Shown here: piece after piece, positions 11,961 to 19,787 of the stretch | How positions within the stretch are numbered: the first letter of the stretch is position 1 | Layout: every line of letters begins with the position of its first letter | Assembly: GCA_965267245.1 (NCBI GenBank) | Contig: OZ253939.1 | Span: 5,840,962 to 5,904,961, forward strand | Reading direction: 5' to 3' | Source of the DNA: Cyclobacteriaceae bacterium | GTDB lineage: Bacteria > Bacteroidota > Bacteroidia > Cytophagales > Cyclobacteriaceae | DNA length: 64,000 nt | Position numbers and translations under genes: made by a program | Notes under the pieces: model-generated | Told to the model about the DNA's origin: nothing | Seen by the model: the letters and a program-made list of their open reading frames with translations, nothing else | Databases searched by the model: none

Positions 11961-12035
11961 GGTCCCTTCGTCTAGGGGTTAGGACGCCAGGTTTTCATCC
12001 TGGAAACAGGGGTTCGATTCCCCTAGGGACTGCCA
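11961..12035 (+). tRNA. tRNA-Glu (anticodon UUC), CCA encoded
   Basis: GGUCCCU-UC-GUCU-AGGGGUUA-GGAC-G-CCAGG-UUUUCAU-CCUGG-AAAC-AGGGG-UUCGAUU-CCCCU-AGGGACU-G-CCA. The layout matches E. coli tRNA-Glu. The acceptor stem has a G1-U72 wobble, and its last 5 nt lie inside the att core. Confidence 0.9.
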
Positions 12036-13569
12036 AAGGCGAATAAACCAGCTTTTCAAGTGTTGAAGGGCTGGTTTTTTTATTGTTTCCTACTGATAAT
12101 GAGTTAATTAGGACAAAAATCGAATTTATTCTTGGGGTTCGATATTCCTGTTTTTTGTTGTCATACTGTAGACCCTCTGGGAAGACTAAGTTTTGAAGTC
12201 TTCTTTGATCCTGTAATATTGCTTCTTTCCACGTATAGGCCAATTTAGTAGTGAATTTCATGCAGTGAGAAACGAATTTAGAGGGGTTCGATATCTCAAG
12301 TTGTTTCTTCAATTGGTTATTCATCTGGCTTATGTTTAATTGGGTTATTTCTTTGTGTTTTTTATATGTAATGGAATCAATCTCTCCATTTATAAATTTT
12401 TCCTCAATTCGATTTAGAAATGAAGTTTTCTCAGAAAGCTGTTTTTTAATCAATGTTCGTGATTCCAGTGCATCTTTTTGCATGTTACTGAACACATATT
12501 CCGCTTCCTTTTTAAAAAGAGCTACATCATTCGGATCAATACAAAGCGATGAGAGTAACTCATAGAAACTTTCATGAAGCTTCAATCCAGAAATTGAGGA
12601 TGTGCAACTGCATCTATAGTACACAGGCTGACTTTTCTTTATTCGATATGATCCATCTGATTTCTGTTTCCTTTTCACAACGTAAGCCGTGTAGAGGTTT
12701 CCGCAATTGGGGCATGACAGGAATTGTTTAAGTGGAAATAGGTTTTCTTGTTTACCCTGTTTTTTGTTGCCTGATAGTACTTCTTGAACAAGGTGCCATG
12801 TATGACTATCTACAACGGCAGTGTGCTTGCCTGGAGCCGTCTCGGAACCAAGCAGCTTATGTGATATAATTCCTTTGTAAAAGGTATTTCTAAGTACTTT
12901 ACTAAGTGCCTTAAATGTTATATTCACTCCCCTTACATTTAAAAAGACTTGTGCCTCTTTAATAGTGTATTCACTATGTGCTATTTTATGAAAAGCTTGG
13001 CCAATAAGATCTCCTTCTTTGTTAACTGATACAATGCCTGTGTTTTTATCCTTCCAGTAACCACGTGGTAGCCTGCCACCACACCAATTACCATTTTTTA
13101 GTGATTGGGTCATGCCTCGTTTTACTTTGATTGCTCTCCACTTGTTATCTACTGCCGGTAGGGAAATGTAGTTGGCTCTCATGAAAAGTGACTCAGGTAC
13201 TTCATAGTTTAATAGCTGGTCAATCGCTTGTAGTTCAATTTCCCACTCATCCAACTGAGATATACTAACATAAGCTTGTACATCATTCCTACTAAACCGA
13301 GAGTAGTCTATTATCAACACATAAGAAATAGATTCATACACAGACCGTAAATAATTCATTAATTCAGTCCATCCAGGCCTTTTAAAATCCTTTGCGGAAT
13401 GATCATCCTTGAACTCATGATCTATTATTATGCCCATTTGCTTGCAGAAAAACCTCATTTGTTCCTTTTGAGAATCTATGCTGTATTTCTGTCTGTATGC
13501 ATCATCTGTTGATTTTCGATAATAGCAAACGGCTCTTTTGTTTTTAAAGGTTGATTGATCTAGGTACAT
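11995..13569 (-). CDS. Large serine recombinase (integrase of element 1)
   Basis: Resolvase-type N-terminus AVCYYRKSTDD...SIDSQ (catalytic Ser), a recombinase domain, and a zinc ribbon CPNCGN...YYRCSC. The last 15 or so codons cross the att core and end inside tRNA-Glu. Confidence 0.9.
   Translation of the reverse strand: MYLDQSTFKNKRAVCYYRKSTDDAYRQKYSIDSQKEQMRFFCKQMGIIIDHEFKDDHSAKDFKRPGWTELMNYLRSVYESISYVLIIDYSRFSRNDVQAYVSISQLDEWEIELQAIDQLLNYEVPESLFMRANYISLPAVDNKWRAIKVKRGMTQSLKNGNWCGGRLPRGYWKDKNTGIVSVNKEGDLIGQAFHKIAHSEYTIKEAQVFLNVRGVNITFKALSKVLRNTFYKGIISHKLLGSETAPGKHTAVVDSHTWHLVQEVLSGNKKQGKQENLFPLKQFLSCPNCGNLYTAYVVKRKQKSDGSYRIKKSQPVYYRCSCTSSISGLKLHESFYELLSSLCIDPNDVALFKKEAEYVFSNMQKDALESRTLIKKQLSEKTSFLNRIEEKFINGEIDSITYKKHKEITQLNISQMNNQLKKQLEISNPSKFVSHCMKFTTKLAYTWKEAILQDQRRLQNLVFPEGLQYDNKKQEYRTPRINSIFVLINSLSVGNNKKTSPSTLEKLVYSPLAVPRGIEPLFPG
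12027..12038. repeat. att core copy 1 (GGACTGCCAAAG): junction of tRNA-Glu and element 1
   Basis: Exact 12-mer repeated at 51509-51520. It covers tRNA positions 68-76 plus AAG. Confidence 0.6.
12046..12083 (+). terminator. Element-borne intrinsic terminator for tRNA-Glu
   Basis: 12-bp stem AACCAGCTTTTC/GAAGGGCTGGTT (two G-U pairs) with a 7-nt loop, followed by TTTTTTTATT. It lies on the strand opposite the recombinase coding sequence, and there is no other + strand gene here. Confidence 0.65.
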
Positions 13570-13574
13570 AAATT

Positions 13575-13817
13575 TTAATATTTAATTTTCCAAGTAACCT
13601 GATTTGTATACCTGCTAGTTTGAATTAAACTCCAAGGAAACCAATCTAATATACGCTTTGAAACTGAACATTTATCGACAATATTTCCACTTTTATCAAC
13701 CGCAAATAGGGTATAATCCAATATTGAAGAATGAATTATTTTGGTCAATATGATCGAGTCTTTGCCATATATTTCAATGAAATTTAGTACTTCAGGCTTT
13801 GTACTTAATCCACCCAT
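13575..13817 (-). CDS. Hypothetical small protein next to the integrase (positional candidate for a directionality factor)
   Basis: 80-aa ORF packed between neighbouring genes. No recognisable motif. Confidence 0.4.
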   Translation of the reverse strand: MGGLSTKPEVLNFIEIYGKDSIILTKIIHSSILDYTLFAVDKSGNIVDKCSVSKRILDWFPWSLIQTSRYTNQVTWKIKY

Positions 13818-14278
13818 ATCTTAATTTTTGTTTCAGGGTTTCCAAAAACGATTTCCATTTCGCCTTCACTATAGTTTATCGCAGAAACATTTTGTCCAAT
13901 TACTTGATAATTAACTTTTAACCCTTCCCAATTGATATTCCCTGCAATATTGGGAATATCTTTTTTATGAGCCATGGAATTAAAGTCTACGTAATTCACC
14001 TTTTTTTTTGGTGAAAATGCTTCAGGAGTTATGTTTGGATGATAAGAAAACTCATGAAGATGTCTAAGAGGTTGAACTCCATACTTCCAATAGACTTTAA
14101 TTCTAATAAACCTGTCTTCAGTTTCAAGCAATTGTACTAGGTATTCTAAATTAGGCAAAGGAGTTTCCTTAAAGACAATTTTTTCTGAATTAGCCCAAAC
14201 CTCAAGAAACAAAGTCCTTCCTTTCTCTTGCTGAGCCTCAATGAAACTAATTGCTTCTTGTAGACTTCTATGCATCAT
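13805..14278 (-). CDS. Hypothetical protein; its N-terminal domain is paralogous to 36593-37417
   Basis: RSLQEAISFIEAQQEKGRTLFLEVW...FIRIKVYWKYGVQPLRHLHEFSYH aligns with LQDAIQFIDQQQSEKERDIFLDVW...FVRIRVYWKYGSQPFRHLQEFSFH. Confidence 0.6.
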   Translation of the reverse strand: MMHRSLQEAISFIEAQQEKGRTLFLEVWANSEKIVFKETPLPNLEYLVQLLETEDRFIRIKVYWKYGVQPLRHLHEFSYHPNITPEAFSPKKKVNYVDFNSMAHKKDIPNIAGNINWEGLKVNYQVIGQNVSAINYSEGEMEIVFGNPETKIKIWVD

Positions 14279-14383
14279 CCCCTTTTAGATTTGTCCTGCA
14301 ATCTTATAAAATCATTGTACAGAATTTCTGCTAATTTTCGAAACGCTTTCCTTTTTTCAACATCATTCATGCTAAGTTTTGGT

Positions 14384-15058
14384 TTATGTGTGGTTCTTTG
14401 ATTTGCATATTCCCTTGTGAGCGTTTAGGCTTTTCATGGAATGAAATACCTCCTGGCAATGAGGGCATGTATGCTGGTGTACTAGTTGCTCAATCTTCTT
14501 ATACTTCTGCTCAAGGCTGGTCAAGTTATGCTTAAGACTGCTCAACTCATGCTTTTTGGTGCTTATCGCTTGCTCAATGTTGGTCAATAGCTGCTCCCCT
14601 TTGGTGATTCGATGTAGTTCTTTAAATAAGTGTGCAAAGCCATAATCCATAGAGGAAAGCATGATGCAACAAAACCACCGAAATTGAGTGTCCTGGATAC
14701 TCTTACCTTCCCAGGGCTTCCAAAAGAAGTAATTTATTATGAACGCAAAAAGAACAAGTAATAATTTCGACCAGTGAATCTCTTTACCTTTTATGTTAAT
14801 TGGAGCCATTTTACTGCTATTTACCATAAATATCAGTGTGGTGCTTACGGCTACAATTGCGATTAATACTGAAGCCAGATATCTACTGTTTGCATTTTTA
14901 ATCATAGTTAATGATTCTGCAAAAAGACTCTGTACTTCGTAGTATCTATATCCCATAAAAGCAAAAAACACTGGTAGCAGAAAGGCCAGACTAACTAAAA
15001 AGTCTGATATTCTTTCTGCTATTTTGTCCAATGAAAATTCGTCTATCTTTAATTTCAC
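14384..15058 (-). CDS. Multi-pass membrane protein with C-terminal coiled coil and a C2HC zinc-finger-like motif
   Basis: About 4 hydrophobic helices, then a coiled coil, then CPHCQEVFHSMKSLNAHKGIC. The stop overlaps the start of... actually its start overlaps the stop of the upstream GH108 gene by 4 nt, a holin-like position. Confidence 0.55.
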   Translation of the reverse strand: MKLKIDEFSLDKIAERISDFLVSLAFLLPVFFAFMGYRYYEVQSLFAESLTMIKNANSRYLASVLIAIVAVSTTLIFMVNSSKMAPINIKGKEIHWSKLLLVLFAFIINYFFWKPWEGKSIQDTQFRWFCCIMLSSMDYGFAHLFKELHRITKGEQLLTNIEQAISTKKHELSSLKHNLTSLEQKYKKIEQLVHQHTCPHCQEVFHSMKSLNAHKGICKSKNHT

Positions 15059-15570
15059 CTGTTGTGTGAGATTTGGACACGATCAAACCAACCGATATAC
15101 TTTTCAAAAACTTCTTTTTTCTCCATTAGGGATATATAATGGTATCCCTGAAGAATGTTCATTACCTTAAGAAGAAGCTTTTTTAATTTACAGGCATTGT
15201 ACGCATTAAGTGTTATAGTGCCTATTGAGCCATCAACTGTAATGTTGTCATAATCTATTTGATTCTTGTTACAGAGATTCAGAGCTTGCTGGAATATCTC
15301 TGAACCCTTTCTAATTCCAACATTTACAGAAGTGTCAAATAATTCTATTGCAATATCTTCCTCCAGATCCTCGCAAAATAGTTTAGTCCAAAAATCCCTG
15401 TGATAAATACTTTGTGCATCAGCAAGGGTGATATTTTTGATGTCAATTTTAGGGTAGGATCTTTTACTTATTCCAAACTTTGTTTCCCCTCCTGGATCAT
15501 CTGGATCATTCACATAGCCACCTTCATGGCCGATTGTTAGCTTAAATGCTTTTTTGAATTTTTCAGTCAT
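15055..15570 (-). CDS. GH108-family muramidase (endolysin-type) with PG_binding_3-like C-terminal part
   Basis: GHEGGYVNDPDDPGGETKFGIS is the GH108 catalytic signature. Confidence 0.85.
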   Translation of the reverse strand: MTEKFKKAFKLTIGHEGGYVNDPDDPGGETKFGISKRSYPKIDIKNITLADAQSIYHRDFWTKLFCEDLEEDIAIELFDTSVNVGIRKGSEIFQQALNLCNKNQIDYDNITVDGSIGTITLNAYNACKLKKLLLKVMNILQGYHYISLMEKKEVFEKYIGWFDRVQISHNR

Positions 15571-15605
15571 TTTTACTTGTAATTTTGGTTTGTTAATAAA
15601 CTGGT

Positions 15606-15971
15606 CTATTTCTGGTAAGTGCCAACTACATCACGTTTGATTCGATCAATTTGCCTTTGTCTTAGCCATCCCAAAGCTTCTTCAAGCTTAGTTATGACTA
15701 GAGATCCCTCTCTGCTTGGAACAAGTGAGTTTTTGTACTTCAAATCATGGATCATCATCGCTAATAGATGTTCATGAAGGGTGCCTCTTTTCTTTTCCAC
15801 TTCTTCTTTACCCAGTTTGGATCCACGGACAAATCTGATTTCTACTGGACGTGGTACCATGTGGATTCGAGTCAAAGCCAAACCTTGTCCATCAATTATT
15901 TCATACTCGGGAAGTCGGTACCTGGTACCTTCCTCAATTACTTCGAATTCTTCTTTAAGATCTAATATCAT
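15606..15971 (-). CDS. Hypothetical phage protein
   Basis: 121-aa ORF with normal composition. The C-terminal LEEALGWLRQRQIDRIKRDVVGT looks like a conserved helical motif, but I cannot name the family. Confidence 0.55.
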   Translation of the reverse strand: MILDLKEEFEVIEEGTRYRLPEYEIIDGQGLALTRIHMVPRPVEIRFVRGSKLGKEEVEKKRGTLHEHLLAMMIHDLKYKNSLVPSREGSLVITKLEEALGWLRQRQIDRIKRDVVGTYQK

Positions 15972-15982
15972 TGATTTATTAT

Positions 15983-16144
15983 TTAGTAATTACTCATTTT
16001 CTTATATGGCCGTGTGGTTTTCTTGTCACAGAAAGAACATTTTACTTCCCTTGATTTCGGACGCTCTTTAGTCTCAAGCTCGTATTTCCTTTCCCTCGCA
16101 TATAGAGGCGAAAGGTCGAAACATTCTTTACACATAAATCGCAT
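15983..16144 (-). CDS. Small zinc-ribbon protein (53 aa)
   Basis: Below the ORF-track cutoff. Hand translation gives MRFMCKECFDLSPLYARERKYELETKERPKSREVKCSFCDKKTTRPYKKMSNY (CxxC...CxxC). Its start overlaps the upstream stop as TAATG. Confidence 0.45.
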   Translation of the reverse strand: MRFMCKECFDLSPLYARERKYELETKERPKSREVKCSFCDKKTTRPYKKMSNY

Positions 16145-16323
16145 TACTGGCATATTATTGATCGGATTACTTGGTTATCAAATAATTTCCAAAACCGTCT
16201 ATTGACGGCAGTGTGCATTCGTCTTTTTAGATCATCATAGATATGTCTACCACAGTGAATGCAGATGCGGTATACTGGATGATATTTGTGATTACAGTAA
16301 GTATCAAGACTTAATATTTTCAT
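16144..16323 (-). CDS. Small Cys/His-rich protein (59 aa)
   Basis: Hand translation gives MKILSLDTYCNHKYHPVYRICIHCGRHIYDDLKRRMHTAVNRRFWKLFDNQVIRSIICQ. Its start lies in a copy of the junction 12-mer CGATCCAAAATG. Confidence 0.4.
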   Translation of the reverse strand: MKILSLDTYCNHKYHPVYRICIHCGRHIYDDLKRRMHTAVNRRFWKLFDNQVIRSIICQ

Positions 16324-16337
16324 TTTGGATCGTTTCG

Positions 16338-17489
16338 TTAAACATTAATTTTCAGCCTACTGGCAATCGCTTTGACTACATCAACAGTCACTGCATTGCC
16401 AAGTAGTTTATACCTTTGTGTCCGGCTAATTTCCTTTATGTCTCCACCATAATCACCGCACTTAGTCCAGTCGTCAGGGAATCCCTGAAGGCGTTCACAT
16501 TCTATTTCTGTCAGCTGCCTAATTCTAACATCATCCTCTGTTTCAATTTGAATAACTGGCTGGCCACTTCCATCTGTTCTACCTCTTGATGGGATAGTTG
16601 GGGATTCACCATTATTCATTTCTCGAAAACCTTTCCCATCTTCATGTGTCCTCCATGTTCCTATTTTGGTTACAACTCCTAATTTGCCTCCTGTATCAAT
16701 AGTGTGAGATTGTTGCTTTGTTACCCGGCCTCTACCAGTGCTATTCTCTACTAAATGATCAAAACGAACACCATCACCTACAGTGGCCAATTCATACCCG
16801 GCTTTAGTGTTACTCGTAACCTTTATATAGTTGTCATCTACTGACATTTTAGCCATTCGTTGATTTAAGGCACTTGCATTTCTATTGGATTGAACTTGAA
16901 TCCTGCTCCCTCTTTTCTTTTCTTCTCTGTATGTTTGATCAACCATGAAATCATCTTCTTTGAAAGGAAATACACCTGGCTCACTTTTTCCTGCAAGATG
17001 TCCGACAAGGTAGATTCTCTCTCTATTTTGGGGTAGAAACCAGTTTGTATTAAGCAGTTGCCATTCAAGTCTATAACCCCCAATGTTGGCAAAGGCAGAG
17101 AGAATTGCCCAAAAGTCTGCGCCATCGTTTGAGGTGAATGCTCCTTTAACATTTTCCCAGATAAAAACACTCGGTCGGCATTCCCTAATGATTCTAATTG
17201 CTTGGAGGATAAGAACACTTCTTTCCCCACCCATTCCAAGTTTCTTTCCTGCCAGGCTAAAGTCTTGGCAAGGGCTTCCGAAAGTGATAATGGTTGGGGT
17301 AAATCCTTTTCCTGAAAAATCGACAACTGATCCGACATATTCTGCTCCTTTAAAATTGTATCTATAATTAGCGATCGCATGTTTATTAATCTCACTGAAA
17401 TAATGGGCCCGAACCTTAACACCAGAATCAATTATTCCTTTTGCAAAGCCTCCAATTCCTGAAAACAACTCCAATAATTCAATTTCCAT
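16338..17489 (-). CDS. DNA (cytosine-5)-methyltransferase, orphan
   Basis: The C5-MTase motifs appear in order: I ELFSGIGGF, IV GSPCQDFS, VI IWENVKG, VIII QNRERIYLVG, X LGNAVTV. No adjacent endonuclease gene. Confidence 0.92.
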   Translation of the reverse strand: MEIELLELFSGIGGFAKGIIDSGVKVRAHYFSEINKHAIANYRYNFKGAEYVGSVVDFSGKGFTPTIITFGSPCQDFSLAGKKLGMGGERSVLILQAIRIIRECRPSVFIWENVKGAFTSNDGADFWAILSAFANIGGYRLEWQLLNTNWFLPQNRERIYLVGHLAGKSEPGVFPFKEDDFMVDQTYREEKKRGSRIQVQSNRNASALNQRMAKMSVDDNYIKVTSNTKAGYELATVGDGVRFDHLVENSTGRGRVTKQQSHTIDTGGKLGVVTKIGTWRTHEDGKGFREMNNGESPTIPSRGRTDGSGQPVIQIETEDDVRIRQLTEIECERLQGFPDDWTKCGDYGGDIKEISRTQRYKLLGNAVTVDVVKAIASRLKINV

Positions 17490-17499
17490 TTCGAATCGA

Positions 17500-17940
17500 T
17501 TAAAAGGGCATGCAATCAGGGCATAGACCCAATTGAATATCTATACTTTCAGTTGATCCACAATTTATTGGTTCATAATTAAATCTGATGACTGCTACAG
17601 GTAAGTTCTTATTTCCGTCAAAGTAGCGGTCAATAAATTCATCTACAGTTTTAACCATACCGCCTTCTCGAACTAACTCATCAGGATGCATCATTTTCAA
17701 CACTTGAAGATATGGTCGTTCCAGGAGGGTTACTTTACCTATTTTCTTTCCTCCATAGGCCATGCATTTATCTACGGCATCATGTGTTAATCTCCCCTCA
17801 TCCCAAGCCTTCTGCCAGCTTTGGAGAGTTCTAGGTTTCCAAGTCCTACGAGTAGTGTCTTTTGTTCCATTAGGAGGCAGATAATCTGCCGTCCATCCGA
17901 ATGATAGTATCATGCTATTGATAGTCTTTTGATTCTTCAA
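17500..17940 (-). CDS. Hypothetical protein (possibly ASCH/PUA-like)
   Basis: 146-aa ORF. The suggestion rests on a loose resemblance only (TTRRTWKPRT...GKKIGKVTLLE). Confidence 0.45.
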   Translation of the reverse strand: MKNQKTINSMILSFGWTADYLPPNGTKDTTRRTWKPRTLQSWQKAWDEGRLTHDAVDKCMAYGGKKIGKVTLLERPYLQVLKMMHPDELVREGGMVKTVDEFIDRYFDGNKNLPVAVIRFNYEPINCGSTESIDIQLGLCPDCMPF

Positions 17941-18361
17941 TTTCTTTTAACCATCCCTCAAAACCTTCCATCCATTCAGCCAGAAACAGGATGAATTTAT
18001 CCATATCCCAATTTCCGTATGTCATTGTACCATACCTATCTGTAGAATACTGTACATACTCATATCTGTAAGATCTTCTGTTGTTAAAGTCCATTTTAAG
18101 GGGTGGTAGTCCTTCCTTCTCAAACTGAATATAAGTTCCCATGTGTTCGTACCGTGGATCTTGGTAGTGTGCGGAATAGGAAACACCTGATTCCTTAAGC
18201 ATATCCAACACTTGAACAAAACCGATTTCAAATTCTTCGATTAGTGTTGCTTGGCTCTCCTTGTATTGTTTATCAAGCTTTTTTTGATATGCCTGATCTG
18301 ATTTTGATTTACTCTCTCTCAGAGCTTGCGCCTTTTCTAGTATTGGGTTCATTCCATTCAT
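17915..18361 (-). CDS. Hypothetical phage protein
   Basis: 148-aa ORF packed in the operon. No motif recognised. Confidence 0.5.
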   Translation of the reverse strand: MNGMNPILEKAQALRESKSKSDQAYQKKLDKQYKESQATLIEEFEIGFVQVLDMLKESGVSYSAHYQDPRYEHMGTYIQFEKEGLPPLKMDFNNRRSYRYEYVQYSTDRYGTMTYGNWDMDKFILFLAEWMEGFEGWLKEIEESKDYQ

Positions 18362-18372
18362 TTTTGATTCGT

Positions 18373-18684
18373 TTAGTCGTTATAGTATTCTCTTGCGTCT
18401 TTTTCACATCGGCACCTTGCACATGTACCTACGTCTGACCTATTTAAAGCCCCACATCTACACTTCCATGTATGATGTTCAGGTTCCTTTGATTCAAATA
18501 TTTTCCAATCACTATTAAATGACTCAGAAGTTCGAAAACTCCAAAATTGATTAGCATTGAAACTATATCCGTTTTCATCTACTATTCTGCCTAATTTCAT
18601 TGTTATGAATTCATCTGAGGTAAAGTGTCGGTGAGTCACTTTTTGTCCGGCCATCATTGCCTCAATTGCTTCCTGTTTAGTCAT
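18373..18684 (-). CDS. DUF2829-like protein (Tad2-type fold candidate) with a C-terminal zinc-ribbon tail
   Basis: From the internal ATG at 18682-18684: MTKQEAIEAMMAGQKVTHRHF...IVDENGY...SDWKIF, resembling the DUF2829 pattern (EAl.al..GkkV.R..W ... dW.i). The tail is CRCGALNRSDVGTCARCRC. The ORF track starts it at 18744. Confidence 0.45.
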   Translation of the reverse strand: MTKQEAIEAMMAGQKVTHRHFTSDEFITMKLGRIVDENGYSFNANQFWSFRTSESFNSDWKIFESKEPEHHTWKCRCGALNRSDVGTCARCRCEKDAREYYND

Positions 18685-18785
18685 TCTATTGATCGTTAAT
18701 TTGGTTGTTTTGAGACTTGTCTTACATTCCAGGATACGCCCCATATACCGGTGCTGACTTGCATGAAATCCAATTTGAAATACTA

Positions 18786-19115
18786 CTATCCATTTCTATC
18801 GGTTTCGGAGACTTCCGCCTCTAGCTTAAATCTGTACCTTTTATTTATCCAGTTTTTAACTTGTGTATCTACTGGCAGTTGATGAACATAAGGCATTTCT
18901 GAATGGCATCTAAACCATTCTTCCCATTCATCCTCATCATCCATATCTGGCTCACTTGAACATTCAGAAGTAATACTGTCAGCCATCCATTGACCATTAT
19001 TATCTTCCACCCACCCCTCAACAGTGTAGGTTAGTTTGCATTTGCAGTAAGGGCAAGCATTATTAAATTCAAATTCCTTATGCTCATCAACTAATTCAAA
19101 TTCTAGTTTGCTCAT
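18786..19115 (-). CDS. Hypothetical acidic Cys-containing protein
   Basis: 109-aa ORF with CPYCKC...C...C.H. Its start lies in the junction 12-mer. Confidence 0.5.
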   Translation of the reverse strand: MSKLEFELVDEHKEFEFNNACPYCKCKLTYTVEGWVEDNNGQWMADSITSECSSEPDMDDEDEWEEWFRCHSEMPYVHQLPVDTQVKNWINKRYRFKLEAEVSETDRNG

Positions 19116-19312
19116 TTTGGATCGATTTTAGACTTGTACCTTTTGATTAATTCACACAGAATCATATCTGTGTCTGTGATCATGGGAGGAACACACATTG
19201 TTAAGCTTTTACCTCCTGTTTTACAAAGCTTGTGTACTTCCTTTTCGGCCAGTTCGATTAACTGTGAATCTGGCATAGCTGCTTGTTTGGCTTCAAATTC
19301 TTCTGTTGTCAT
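19112..19312 (-). CDS. Hypothetical small protein ending in DPK
   Basis: 66-aa ORF with ATGA stop/start overlap at both ends. Confidence 0.5.
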   Translation of the reverse strand: MTTEEFEAKQAAMPDSQLIELAEKEVHKLCKTGGKSLTMCVPPMITDTDMILCELIKRYKSKIDPK

Positions 19313-19557
19313 TTTGGATCGTTTTGATATTCATCCAGTATTGCCCTCAGAGTGCTGTTAGAGTGTAATTCAATGGGATCTATTTCTACAATCTCATTGA
19401 CTAACCTTTCGAGCATATAATTAACCTTAGAAAGTTCTTCTAGTGCAAGTTCAATAATCTCACATCTGGAGTCCTCACCGTATTGTTCCGGTGGAAGCAA
19501 TTGAATTAAGTAGCGCATTGCATCTTCCTTCAAATCATTTAGTTCGTCTGCTTTCAT
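19309..19557 (-). CDS. Hypothetical small acidic protein ending in DPK
   Basis: 82-aa ORF with ATGA overlaps at both ends. Confidence 0.5.
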   Translation of the reverse strand: MKADELNDLKEDAMRYLIQLLPPEQYGEDSRCEIIELALEELSKVNYMLERLVNEIVEIDPIELHSNSTLRAILDEYQNDPK

Positions 19558-19772
19558 TTTGGATCGGTTTTTAATCCTTTCTTAATTAGTTGATCCCAAT
19601 GCTCTTCATGTTCTTCAATATTATGAAACATTGATACCTTGTATTCAATCTTTTTAGTCTTCTTAATCAAACCAAACAGATATTTCTTAAGAACAGTTAG
19701 TTCATAAATTGTCTGATATTCTCCATCTCCAAAGCAATGAACAAACTGGTATTTGTATGAGAGTAAATACAT
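19554..19772 (-). CDS. Hypothetical small protein ending in DPK
   Basis: 72-aa ORF with an ATGA overlap to the downstream gene. Confidence 0.45.
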   Translation of the reverse strand: MYLLSYKYQFVHCFGDGEYQTIYELTVLKKYLFGLIKKTKKIEYKVSMFHNIEEHEEHWDQLIKKGLKTDPK

Positions 19773-19787
19773 AAGTTATTGATCGTA

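Noticed and set aside
12131-12297. T-loop-like strings GGGGTTCGATAT inside both recombinase genes (12134, 12283 and 51593), which could be extra tRNA fragments or secondary att sites.
   Set aside because: On the coding strand they encode conserved recombinase motifs (EYRTPR / QYRTHQ and ISNPSKF / KSNPSKF). No acceptor or anticodon arm surrounds them.
16865-17431. 188-aa ORF in another frame inside the C5-methyltransferase gene.
   Set aside because: All canonical C5-MTase motifs (FxGxG, PCQ, ENV, QxRxR, GN) are in the 16338-17489 frame, and the alternative frame has no motif support.
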